A stretch of 64,000 bases of DNA from an uncultured Desulfobacteraceae bacterium (GCA_964644375.1 CAZXWJ010000001.1:2124-66123); one strand, 5' to 3'. Shown: positions 18,702 through 27,494, numbered from the stretch's first letter. Numbers and translations: made by a program. Notes: a model not told the origin generated them from the letters alone.

Positions 18702-18866
18702 TCCTATTGCAGAAACCGGCTTTCTGTTTCTTTGGAGATCCTGGGTTATTGAAATATTTCAGCGACAAATTATTTGTTCGCCCCAATTGAACGGGAACAT
18801 TAACACAAAGTGAATGGCGCCATTCAAAGAACTTGCAAACACCTTGTATGACTATCGGAAATGAGC

Positions 18867-19322
18867 CTAACTCAATAATTTTTTGGCCAGTTCGCTTACT
18901 TCTTTACCTTGGGCCTGCCCAGCCATTCGGTCCAAGGCAGCTTTCATGACTTTGCCAAGATCCCTGGAGTTATTCGCTCCTAATTCGGAAATTATTTCAC
19001 GTATGGTCTTTTCTATTTCCGCCGAGTTCAATTGCTTTGGCAGATATTCATAGAAGATCTTCGTTTCCTCCTCTTCCTTTGCTGCCATGTCATCTCTGCC
19101 CCCCTGCCTGAACTCCTTTGCAGCCTCTTGCCCTTTTCTTATAAGGGAGGAAATAATCGTCTGAACGGCTTGGTCCGTCAGTTCACTCCCTTTTTCAGTC
19201 TGTTTATTCTTGAGGGCCGTTTTCAACATTCTCAGACAAGAGACGCGCAGAGTATTTTGGGCCTTTATCTGAGTCTTCAGATCTTCAGAGATCTTTTCTT
19301 GGAATGTGATATTTTTAGTCAT
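18867..19322 (-). CDS. GatB/YqeY domain-containing protein
   Basis: 151 aa with the typical YqeY pattern (LRMLKTALKN..., GKVMKAA...). Sits upstream of dnaG-rpoD, as in the macromolecular-synthesis operon context. Confidence 0.85.
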   Translation of the reverse strand: MTKNITFQEKISEDLKTQIKAQNTLRVSCLRMLKTALKNKQTEKGSELTDQAVQTIISSLIRKGQEAAKEFRQGGRDDMAAKEEEETKIFYEYLPKQLNSAEIEKTIREIISELGANNSRDLGKVMKAALDRMAGQAQGKEVSELAKKLLS

Positions 19323-19391
19323 CTCAATATCGGTCCGAAAATGGATACGGTTAACACTAAAGTATATATACCATTACTAAAAGGTCAATAC

Positions 19392-20132
19392 TCAATTCTT
19401 ATTTATCGGTTTTTTTGCAACTTTTATCGCCTGACTGAGATTCAGTATCCCTTCATAGAGGGCTCGACCTGTAATCATGCCGGTGACGCCATATTTGGAA
19501 AGGGTAAGGACTTCGGCCACATCCTCCATCCCGGAAATTCCCCCCGAAGCGATAACCGGGATATGCAGGGCTTTTGCCAACTCGCCCGTCGCTGTCACAT
19601 TCGGACCCGTTCGCATGCCGTCTCTTTGAATGTCTGTGTAGATTACTGAAAAAATACCGGTCGGTTCGAATCTTGCCGCCAAGTCAACGGGGGTTATGTT
19701 CGTTTCCTCCGTCCAGCCTTCAACGGCTACCTGATTGTGTTTCGCATCGATGCCGACAATGATATGTTGCGGAAAGGTATCGCAGGCAATCTGCACAAAA
19801 TCAGGGTTTTTGTAGGCTACAGTGCCGAGGATGACCTGTTGGATGCCCAAATTCAGGTAGGCTTTGATGGTCTTGAGGTCTCTGATGCCTCCACCCAGCT
19901 GAATGGGAACGGAAACGGCCTTGATTATTTTTTCAATGGCCCTTTGGTTAACCGGCCGACCCCCCACGGCTCCGTCAAGATCCACCAGATGGATTCGTTC
20001 AGCACCGGCGTCGAGCCACTCCCGCGCCACCTCTTCCGGATGCTCAGAATAAACGGTCTCCCGTGACATCCGGCCCTGCTCAAGTCTGACACATCTTCCG
20101 TTTTTTATGTCTATTGCCGGAATGACAAGCAA
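19392..20132 (-). CDS. hisA: ProFAR isomerase HisA
   Basis: LVIPAIDIKNGRCVRL...HLVDLDGA...GGGIR...ASGGIS. TTG start lies 7 nt after GGAGG and 4 nt after the stop of the upstream lipoprotein gene. Confidence 0.92.
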   Translation of the reverse strand: MLVIPAIDIKNGRCVRLEQGRMSRETVYSEHPEEVAREWLDAGAERIHLVDLDGAVGGRPVNQRAIEKIIKAVSVPIQLGGGIRDLKTIKAYLNLGIQQVILGTVAYKNPDFVQIACDTFPQHIIVGIDAKHNQVAVEGWTEETNITPVDLAARFEPTGIFSVIYTDIQRDGMRTGPNVTATGELAKALHIPVIASGGISGMEDVAEVLTLSKYGVTGMITGRALYEGILNLSQAIKVAKKPINKN

Positions 20133-20135
20133 TTT

Positions 20136-20846
20136 TTAATCCTCCCCCATGCCTTTTCCCTTTGGAAACGTAGCAAGCAGGCTTTCAAGACCATGATCAG
20201 CCAATTCTTCAGCAACCATCCATTTTCCTTTGCTTTTGAGGAAGGTCTTCATATCGTAGAGGTTTTCACTGAGAGAATGTTGTGTCTTATCAAATTTTCC
20301 CTTCCACAGCACCCTGCCGTCTTGAGACCTGATGAGATAAAGGTCAAAGGCCACAGAAGCCGGGTGATTGACGGCATAATCAGTGCCCTCTCTTTCTTTC
20401 CATCGGTATGTATAACCTATCAGCACCGTCTTGGCCGAAAACGCTTGACCGATTTTCTGGGCTATCTCAACATCGCTGAGAAGAGATCCCGAACTGATAA
20501 GGCTTGAAAACACACCCCGTGCCTGACCGGGAGAAAGGAGATCATACTCGCCTGAAACAAGGAGTTTGTTGAACAGGCTCTCTGTCAGTTTATCCGATAT
20601 GAGTCCGGTTGTCGGTGCGGCTATGAAAACCGTACCGGTGACCGGACTGCGCGCGGGACCGGATTCCCCTCCGGGGGCGATAGCCGGTTTAAAACCAACA
20701 ATAACCATCTTTCCGGTGGTTACAACCGAAGGTGTACTCTGAGAAGCTGTTTGAGAATGAAACTGACAGCCTTGCATAAAAGCCATGATTGACAGAATCG
20801 TAAGAAGCACGAATCCGATACTTGTCACAGATAACCGAGGTCTCAT
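20136..20846 (-). CDS. Lipoprotein of unknown function (LpoB/DUF799-like pattern, tentative)
   Basis: Signal peptide MRPRLSVTSIGFVLLTILSIMAFMQGC with a lipobox. The mature part resembles small TolB-N/LpoB-like lipoproteins. ORF-track start 20882 is TTG; ATGs occur at 20858 and 20846. Confidence 0.6.
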   Translation of the reverse strand: MRPRLSVTSIGFVLLTILSIMAFMQGCQFHSQTASQSTPSVVTTGKMVIVGFKPAIAPGGESGPARSPVTGTVFIAAPTTGLISDKLTESLFNKLLVSGEYDLLSPGQARGVFSSLISSGSLLSDVEIAQKIGQAFSAKTVLIGYTYRWKEREGTDYAVNHPASVAFDLYLIRSQDGRVLWKGKFDKTQHSLSENLYDMKTFLKSKGKWMVAEELADHGLESLLATFPKGKGMGED

Positions 20847-20906
20847 ATTGTCTCCCATAGACCGACGCGAAATTCTATTCAAGCCCTGTCGAACGGTTTG
20901 CAGACC

Positions 20907-21497
20907 TTAGAGAAACCCCTTGGTTGAAGGGATTTCGCCTTGGAGTCTGTCCTCGAGGGCTACCGCATGGTCCAAAGCTTTTCCGAAGGCCTTGAAGATG
21001 GCCTCGGCAATGTGATGGGGATCATCACCCGATAGAAGATCTACGTGCAAGGTCGCCCCGGAATGGTTCACGAAGGCACGAAAAAATTCCCTGGCTAAAT
21101 GGATGTCGAATCTGCCGGTTCTGGTCTCTTTTGCGACGACACGATAGGCGAGAAAAGGCCGGTTTGAGAAATCAACTACAACCCGCGCGAGGGCTTCATC
21201 CATGGGAACGAATGCGCAGCCGTAACGCCTGATTCCTCTCTTTTCCCCGGTGGCCTCGGAGAAGGCCTGTCCCAGGCATATCCCGAGATCTTCAACCGTG
21301 TGGTGATCATCAACGTCTGTATCTCCGGAGGCGGCGATTTTCATGTCTATAAATCCGTGAGCTGCCGCCAGGGTCAACATGTGATCCATAAATGCTATGC
21401 CGGTATCGATTTGGGTTGTGCCTCTTCCGTCCAGATCAATTTCCAGCCGAATGTCCGTCTCTTTAGTCTTTCGATTGATGGTGGCTTTTCTTTCCAT
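20907..21497 (-). CDS. hisB: Imidazoleglycerol-phosphate dehydratase HisB
   Basis: MERKATINRKTKETDIRLEIDLDG...DDHHTVEDLGI...SGDDPHHIAEA. The conserved N-terminus begins at ATG 21497; the ORF-track extension to 21707 has no homology pattern. Confidence 0.92.
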   Translation of the reverse strand: MERKATINRKTKETDIRLEIDLDGRGTTQIDTGIAFMDHMLTLAAAHGFIDMKIAASGDTDVDDHHTVEDLGICLGQAFSEATGEKRGIRRYGCAFVPMDEALARVVVDFSNRPFLAYRVVAKETRTGRFDIHLAREFFRAFVNHSGATLHVDLLSGDDPHHIAEAIFKAFGKALDHAVALEDRLQGEIPSTKGFL

Positions 21498-21750
21498 GGT
21501 CCAATGGCTCCGGAGGCAACCGGGCGAGGTATATTGCACAAGTAACAAGTGACGAACAACGAATCCATCATCCTTTTGGCTCGTCACTCGCCACGTGAAT
21601 GGGTTACTCGAGTGGTGGAGATGGTGGAATTCGAGTCCCATCACAATCCAAAAATATAACCATCCAAAATTATCGTTATTTTTCGATTCGACTCCATCAA
21701 GCTGCAACTCAATGTGTAAAAACGTTATGTAACCTTATAAGCACAAAAAA

Positions 21751-22038
21751 TCAAGAATAAACCCCATACCTTACCATTTTCAAAAAAACCATACTCCACC
21801 CCTCAATTCTGAAAAAGCCTTTGTTATCATTCTGTGAGAGAATCAGAAGGGCCTTTGCAGAATGCCAGTTAAGGCTTACAGTACAGCGTTCAGCTATATA
21901 CATCAGACAGGTATGCAGGGAATATCTCAATTCCTTTTTTCCCATGACTTTCTGAAGATCTACCGGAGCATTCATACGGAAACAATAGAAATATTGATTT
22001 CGGATAAGATAGCTGGGAGATTTGGTGATAGGGGGCAT
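21751..22038 (-). pseudogene. Remnant of a tyrosine integrase N-terminus (DUF6538-like) next to tRNA-Leu
   Basis: SYLIRNQYFYCFRMNAPVDLQKVMGKKELRYSLHT matches the common integrase N-terminal pattern (R.G.YYFR.RVP.DL....GK.E.R.SL.T). No catalytic domain follows. Lies just beyond the tRNA-Leu 3' end and its terminator. Confidence 0.4.
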
Positions 22039-22114
22039 CGGGCAACTCCATCCTACAATGTGTGTAATCATTGTGTGTAACAGATGGAATGGATCTATTT
22101 TTGAGGCTTAATTA

Positions 22115-22145
22115 ACAAAAAAACCTACTGTAAAAACAGTAGGTT
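22115..22145 (-). terminator. Rho-independent terminator after tRNA-Leu
   Basis: The minus strand reads AACCTACTG-TTTTTA-CAGTAGGTT followed by TTTTTTT: a 9-bp perfect stem starting 13 nt after the tRNA CCA end. Confidence 0.55.
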
Positions 22146-22157
22146 AATTTGCAAAAA

Positions 22158-22244
22158 TGGTGCCGAAGGCGAGACTCGAACTCGCACAGGCATACACCCA
22201 CTAGACCCTGAACCTAGCGCGTCTACCAGTTCCGCCACTTCGGC
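22158..22244 (-). tRNA. tRNA-Leu (CAG), CCA encoded
   Basis: The minus strand reads GCCGAAGTGGCGGAACTGGTAGACGCGCTAGGTTCAGGGTCTAGTGGGTGTATGCCTGTGCGAGTTCGAGTCTCGCCTTCGGCACCA. It has a long variable arm and anticodon loop TTCAGGG. Confidence 0.93.
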
Positions 22245-22448
22245 ACGGAAATTGAGTTGATATTTTGGTAGAGATTCTTATATTATCTCACATCCCATGT
22301 CAATAGGATAAATAAGCTTTGGCGTCATATTTTAGAAGGAGGGTCGGATTATTTTAAGTACGGACCCTTACCATCGATTTATTCAGTTTTTCGGAAAGGA
22401 AACCTTCCGAATTTCAAATTTTAGCAGGGAGAACCGCAACATTAAATC

Positions 22449-23399
22449 ATGAATGTGATCAATAGCCTAACCGAACTGCAACACCCATTTGAAAACCCTG
22501 TCCTGACTATCGGCAATTTTGACGGCGTTCACAAGGGACACCTTGCCCTTTTCGACAAGGTAAAGGAAAGGGCCAAAGCCATACACGGCCATTCGGTCGT
22601 CATGACCTTTGATCCCCACCCCTTGAAAGTCATGAAGCAGGGGAACGGTCCCCCACTCATTACGCCCACCCGGCAGAAGCTTGAGCTTATCGCGGAGGCG
22701 GGAATAGATTTCATACTCTGCATCCCTTTTACCCGGGAATTCGCCGAAATTTCGGCGGACGCCTTTGTCCGGGAACTCCTTGTAAGCAGGCTTGGACTGA
22801 AGGAAATTGTCGTCGGTTATGATTACAGTTTCGGGAACCGGCGCGAAGGAAACATTGACCTGCTCAAAAAAATGGGGAAAACTCTCGGATACAGGGTCCA
22901 TGTAGTTAAACCCTTAGTGGTCAATGAAAACCTCGTCTCAAGCACCTCCATCAGAAACCTTGTCAGTGCAGGGAATCTGGTCAGGGCAAAAGAACAGTTG
23001 GGCCGGAATTACCAAGTAACCGGAACCGTGGTCAAAGGAGCGGGCAGGGGAGGAAAACTCCTCGGCTTTCCCACGGCAAACCTGCAACTTGCGGACGAAC
23101 TTATTCCCCGAAAAGGAGTTTATGCCGTCACGGTGTTCATGAACGGCAAGACTTATTACGGGGTCACCAATATCGGCTATAACCCCACATTCGGCAACAA
23201 TGCCCTGTCCATCGAGACCCACCTACTTGATTTTACCGGGAATCTGGAGGGAGAGGTCATCAAGATCAATTTCATCTATCACCTAAGGGATGAAAAGACC
23301 TTCGACTCCATTGAAGAGCTGTCAGACCAGATTACCCTGGACATCCAACATGCAAAAGGCCTACTGGGCATAGGCAACTCGGCCCAACAAATCGGCTAG
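22449..23399 (+). CDS. ribF: Bifunctional riboflavin kinase / FMN adenylyltransferase RibF
   Basis: TIGNFDGVHKGHLAL, the kinase-domain motif GFPTANL, and the overall 316-aa layout. Confidence 0.92.
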   Translation: MNVINSLTELQHPFENPVLTIGNFDGVHKGHLALFDKVKERAKAIHGHSVVMTFDPHPLKVMKQGNGPPLITPTRQKLELIAEAGIDFILCIPFTREFAEISADAFVRELLVSRLGLKEIVVGYDYSFGNRREGNIDLLKKMGKTLGYRVHVVKPLVVNENLVSSTSIRNLVSAGNLVRAKEQLGRNYQVTGTVVKGAGRGGKLLGFPTANLQLADELIPRKGVYAVTVFMNGKTYYGVTNIGYNPTFGNNALSIETHLLDFTGNLEGEVIKINFIYHLRDEKTFDSIEELSDQITLDIQHAKGLLGIGNSAQQIG

Positions 23400-23489
23400 G
23401 ACCCCAAACCGGAAGGTCTGATCAGGGCTCGTCTTTGATGCCCTGTTCATGGTCCTTACCTTTCGCAAACTTGACGCGAACCCCATGTC

Positions 23490-23522
23490 GGCGGCGATTT
23501 ATTCCGCCTTTTTTCTTTTTTT
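23490..23522 (+). terminator. Candidate terminator after ribF
   Basis: GGCGG-CGATTTATT-CCGCC followed by TTTTTTCTTTTTTT. The stem is short (5 bp), so tentative. Confidence 0.4.
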
Positions 23523-24180
23523 ATCCTATTCAGCCGATAACGGGCGGCGGCCTTCTTTTTTTTAAAAAAGATATTTACTTTTCATACCACTTGCTTTATA
23601 AGACCATTCGTCTACGCAGGAGTAAAGCGTTGCAGGACTGTAACCTAAAAAAAGGCAAATAGCCTCCTGAAAAAGGGCAGGCAGGGTAAATAAAATTTTC
23701 CGGTTACGATGCTTCTGGGTTTTATGAAGTTTTGAGACACCATCTGGAAGCCGGAAAAAAATAATTTGATCTGGGATTTCAAGTCGAGGTTGTCGAGAAT
23801 TCAAGTCGGTTTTTTTAGGGTCGCAAAGCTAACTGTAAAACAAAATATTTCGGAGTCGCAACCCTTTTCCGGCCTAAGGAACCTCATCGTTTCTTGCTTC
23901 TTTGGAGAGACACGAGCATTCACCTTTGTTCGATTCAAGTCTAAGAAATTCCCTCGTCAAATAACCCAACAATTATTATGGCATCGAATAAACCCCGTGA
24001 ACGATTGGTTTCCGTGGTTTTATATTTTTGTTCCAAAAAGCGAAACGGCACAGGATTCAGCGGACCATCGAACCTTGATCTTCGTGTTTTGCAATAGCAT
24101 TGATGGAGAGACTCGAGTTTTTTTCAGTCTGGATACCGGTCCGTTTCATCTTCCTTTTCAGGATAGAGAGCAAGAAAAAA

Positions 24181-25506
24181 ATGAATGATTCCTTTCTCAC
24201 TTTTCCAAAGGGGGGCACACATCCCCCTGAGTCAAAAGCACTCACCGAGCACCTCCCGGTGGAGACACTGCCTCTTCCCGAAGAAGTGGATCTCCTCATG
24301 GTTCAACATTTCGGCGCCCCCTGCACCCCTCTGGTGAAAAAGAAGGGAGACGTCACGGAAGGAGACCTAATCGGCCAGGTGGAAAAAGGGCTTGGGGCCG
24401 GCATTCATGCCAGTGTAACCGGCAAGGTAAAGGATATTGGGGTTTCCGTGAATCCTGTATCCGTTCAAACCCCCTCGGTCACGATCAAAAGGGACCCTGA
24501 GGCCGAACCCAGGTCATACACACCCTCAGATTGGACGGCCCTGTCCAGAGAGGACTTGGTCAAACGGATTAAAGACGCCGGGATCGTGGGCATCGGGGGC
24601 GCGGGATTTCCAACCCATGTCAAACTGGCCCCCCCACCGGAGGCAAAGGTCGATACCCTGATCCTCAACGGTGCGGAATGCGAACCCTATCTTACCACGG
24701 ACCATCGACTGATGCTGGAACACCCGGAAGAGGTTCTGGATGGTGCCAAAATCATACTGGCCGTCTTGGGAATCCAGGAGTGCCATATCGGGGTTGAATC
24801 CAACAAGATGGATGCCGTCGAGGCCCTGAGAAAAGCGGCTCGTGATCAGTCGTCCAATGATTTCCGAATCCACGTGGATGCCCTGGAGGTAAAATACCCC
24901 CAGGGTTCCGAGAAACAACTGATTGAGAGCATTACGGGTCGCAGGGTTCCGGCATTCGGGCTGCCCTTTGATGTGGGAACCATTGTCCAGAATGTGGGAA
25001 CCACCAAGGCCGTTTATGACGCTGCGGTCCTGAACAAACCCCTGTACGAGAAGGTGATCACAATCTCGGGAAAAGGCATTGAAAGGCCGGCAAACCTCAA
25101 GGTAAGAATCGGGACCCGGTTGAGCGATATCGTGTCCTACCTTGGTGGAACGAAACCCGGGTTGTCCAAGGTGGTCATGGGCGGTCCCATGATGGGTTTT
25201 GCTGTTTCCACTCTTGATGTCCCGATCACTAAGACGACCTCCGGCATACTTTTCCTCACCGAGGAGGAGATAGATACCCGCCCCCACAGCAACTGTATTA
25301 GATGCGGATGGTGTCTCGATGCCTGCCCCATGGGCTTATCTCCCAATGAAATAGGTATTTACGTGGAAGCAGGTCGAGCCGAGGACACCGCGCCCTTTGG
25401 GGTGTTCGAGTGTTTTGAGTGCGGGTGTTGTGCCTTTGTCTGTCCGGCGAAACGGCCTCTCGTTCAGTTCATTCGTCTCGCCAAGATGAAGGCAAAGAAA
25501 CAATAA
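24181..25506 (+). CDS. rnfC: Rnf complex subunit C (RnfC)
   Basis: N-terminal barrel-sandwich region, a GGAGFPTHVK NADH/FMN-type block, and two 4Fe-4S motifs (CIRCGWCLDACP and CFECGCCAFVCP). The conserved N-terminus starts at ATG 24181. Confidence 0.92.
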   Translation: MNDSFLTFPKGGTHPPESKALTEHLPVETLPLPEEVDLLMVQHFGAPCTPLVKKKGDVTEGDLIGQVEKGLGAGIHASVTGKVKDIGVSVNPVSVQTPSVTIKRDPEAEPRSYTPSDWTALSREDLVKRIKDAGIVGIGGAGFPTHVKLAPPPEAKVDTLILNGAECEPYLTTDHRLMLEHPEEVLDGAKIILAVLGIQECHIGVESNKMDAVEALRKAARDQSSNDFRIHVDALEVKYPQGSEKQLIESITGRRVPAFGLPFDVGTIVQNVGTTKAVYDAAVLNKPLYEKVITISGKGIERPANLKVRIGTRLSDIVSYLGGTKPGLSKVVMGGPMMGFAVSTLDVPITKTTSGILFLTEEEIDTRPHSNCIRCGWCLDACPMGLSPNEIGIYVEAGRAEDTAPFGVFECFECGCCAFVCPAKRPLVQFIRLAKMKAKKQ

Positions 25507-25527
25507 GACTGAAAAAGGAGTAAAACC

Positions 25528-26583
25528 ATCGAAGAGCCAGCGAAAGAGATCACGCCTGCAGCGACTGATCATTTTCTGTGGGCCGTTTCCATCTCCCCTC
25601 ATGTCAAGAGTGGAGAATCGGTAGAGAAGATCATGTGGACGGTGGTGGCCTGCCTAATGCCGCCCCTCATTTTGTCGATTTTCATCTTCGGCTTCCAGAC
25701 CCTTATCATCACCCTGATCAGCGTGGGAAGCTGCATAGCAGCTGAAGCAGTTTCCCAGAAGCTTCTTAAGCGGCCCGTGACGATCAAGGACGGGAGTGCC
25801 GTCATTACGGGTCTTCTTTTGGCCTATATTATCCCACCGGGCGTCCCTTACTGGTTGCCCATTCTGGGATCCGTCATGGCCATTTATGTTGCCAAACATC
25901 TCTTAGGGGGAGTCGGCTTCAATATTTTCAACCCCGCCCTGATCGGACGTGCCTTTCTGGTCGCCAGCTTTCCCGTGGCCATGACATCGGCATGGCTCAC
26001 TCCTATCCGGGACGCCTCCGTTTTCAAGTATATGGGTACCGGGGTGGACGCACTTTCCACAGCCACGCCCCTCTATATTCTCAAGCATTACGGGATCGGC
26101 GCGGTCATCGAAAAATTCGGTTCTATGTCAACTATTTATACCGATTTCTTCTTGGGCTGGCGACCGGGCTGTATCGGTGAGACTTCGGGGCTTCTGCTTC
26201 TCCTTGGGGGGCTCTATTTGATTTATAAAAAATATATCACCTGGCACATTCCTGTTTCGGTCATTGTGTCGGTTGCCTTCTTTACCTGGGTCTTCGGCGG
26301 AGAAGGGCTCTTCACGGGTAATCCTTTGCTGGCCGTTCTTTCCGGCGGAGTGATCATCGGAGCCTTTTATATGGCCACAGATTACGTGACATCTCCGAAT
26401 AACAAAACCGCCAAGCTTATTTTCGGTGCCGGCATCGGCGCCCTGACGGTTCTTATTCGTTTCAAAGGCGGATACCCTGAGGGCGTATGTTATGCCATTT
26501 TACTCATGAATCCGCTTACGCCCGCTCTTGAGGGGTGGTTTAAACCCAAGCGTTTTGCCCTGCCGAAAGGTGCTGAAAAATGA
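25528..26583 (+). CDS. rnfD: Rnf complex subunit D (RnfD); start codon uncertain (first ATG at 25633)
   Basis: NqrB/RnfD polytopic pattern with the flavinylation-region motif GAFYMATDYVTSP. The conserved N-terminal SxSPHxxSG segment (VSISPHVKSGES) lies upstream of the first ATG. ATC 25528 sits 7 nt after GGAG. Confidence 0.88.
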   Translation: MEEPAKEITPAATDHFLWAVSISPHVKSGESVEKIMWTVVACLMPPLILSIFIFGFQTLIITLISVGSCIAAEAVSQKLLKRPVTIKDGSAVITGLLLAYIIPPGVPYWLPILGSVMAIYVAKHLLGGVGFNIFNPALIGRAFLVASFPVAMTSAWLTPIRDASVFKYMGTGVDALSTATPLYILKHYGIGAVIEKFGSMSTIYTDFFLGWRPGCIGETSGLLLLLGGLYLIYKKYITWHIPVSVIVSVAFFTWVFGGEGLFTGNPLLAVLSGGVIIGAFYMATDYVTSPNNKTAKLIFGAGIGALTVLIRFKGGYPEGVCYAILLMNPLTPALEGWFKPKRFALPKGAEK

Positions 26584-27494
26584 AGGAAATTATTCGCATT
26601 ACCATAGGATTGACGATCACCTGCCTGGTCGCCGCTCTGGTGATGGGCACGGTCTTTGCCGTCACGGACGCGGCCAAGAAACACAACGAGCATGTCAATG
26701 TTCAGGACACCATGCTCGGCCTGCTCGGATACAATCAATCCAACCCTAGGCCGACGGACCTGTCTCTTTTCACCATCTACCGCTACATCCTCGAAGAGGG
26801 AAATAAGCAATATCTCGGGTATCTGGTTCCCGTCGTCGCGAAAGACAAGGAAACCCACGAATTCCTCACCATGGATCTGGAAGGCAAATTCGTAGACCGG
26901 CTCCCCGTGGACCTCACACCGGAAGCCGCCGCCGAGGTGCCCAACCGCACCAGTGCCCTCAAGAAGGCCCTGAAATCCTCAACGGCCTTCTCCTATGCGA
27001 ATGCCACCATCATCGCCACCTTGGGGGACAAACGCCTTGCCTATGTGCTCCCCGGCGAGTTTCCCGGCTTCAAGACCTTTATCAAGGTCATGCTGGCCGT
27101 GGAGCCCGATTTTGACATCCTGGGCCTTGAAATAATGGAGCATGAAGAAGACCCGGGTCTTGGCGGAGAAATCGAACAGCACTATTTCAAAGACCAGTTC
27201 CAGGGGAAAACATTTTCTGTTCTAAAGGCCCTGAAGGTCGTAAAAGAACCCCTTCCTGATGAATACAGACTGGTGCTGGAATCCGCCAACAGTTCAAAGA
27301 ATCCCGACTCCAACAAGGAATCGGAGAGCATTCGAGCTAAGTACTTTGACGACGACATCTATGCCCTGACCGGTGCGACCATTTCCAGCAGGGCCGTCAC
27401 CGGCGGAGTAAAAAATATGGTCAAAAAGTTTGCCTATCGTTTCAAAACGCTCGATGCCGTAATTGCCGCGCAAGGGTTACCCGTTGCTTTCTGA
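26580..27494 (+). CDS. rnfG: Rnf complex subunit G (RnfG), FMN-binding, unusually long (304 aa)
   Basis: N-terminal TM anchor. FMN_bind motif LTGATISSRAVTGG. ATGA overlap with the rnfD stop. Confidence 0.88.
   Translation: MKEIIRITIGLTITCLVAALVMGTVFAVTDAAKKHNEHVNVQDTMLGLLGYNQSNPRPTDLSLFTIYRYILEEGNKQYLGYLVPVVAKDKETHEFLTMDLEGKFVDRLPVDLTPEAAAEVPNRTSALKKALKSSTAFSYANATIIATLGDKRLAYVLPGEFPGFKTFIKVMLAVEPDFDILGLEIMEHEEDPGLGGEIEQHYFKDQFQGKTFSVLKALKVVKEPLPDEYRLVLESANSSKNPDSNKESESIRAKYFDDDIYALTGATISSRAVTGGVKNMVKKFAYRFKTLDAVIAAQGLPVAF

Noticed and set aside
21600-21660. tRNA-like fragment (GGAATTCGAGTCCCATC) upstream of hisB as a possible att repeat of tRNA-Leu
   Set aside because: It shares only about 8 contiguous nt with the tRNA-Leu T-arm, is in the opposite orientation, and does not fold as a T-arm.
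21498-21707. N-terminal extensions in the ORF track for hisB (to 21707), dnaB (to 34810), rplI (to 35376), rnfC (from 24100), dnaK (from 46767), apbE (from 30222) and DUF167 (to 10365)
   Set aside because: The conserved protein N-termini begin at internal ATGs with good SD spacing. The extensions have no family pattern.
23900-24180. Sigma-54 (TGGCAC-N5-TTGC) promoter upstream of rnfC
   Set aside because: Candidate TGGCA/CGGCAC strings (about 23979 and 24046) lack a correctly spaced GC element. No match to the -24/-12 spacing.
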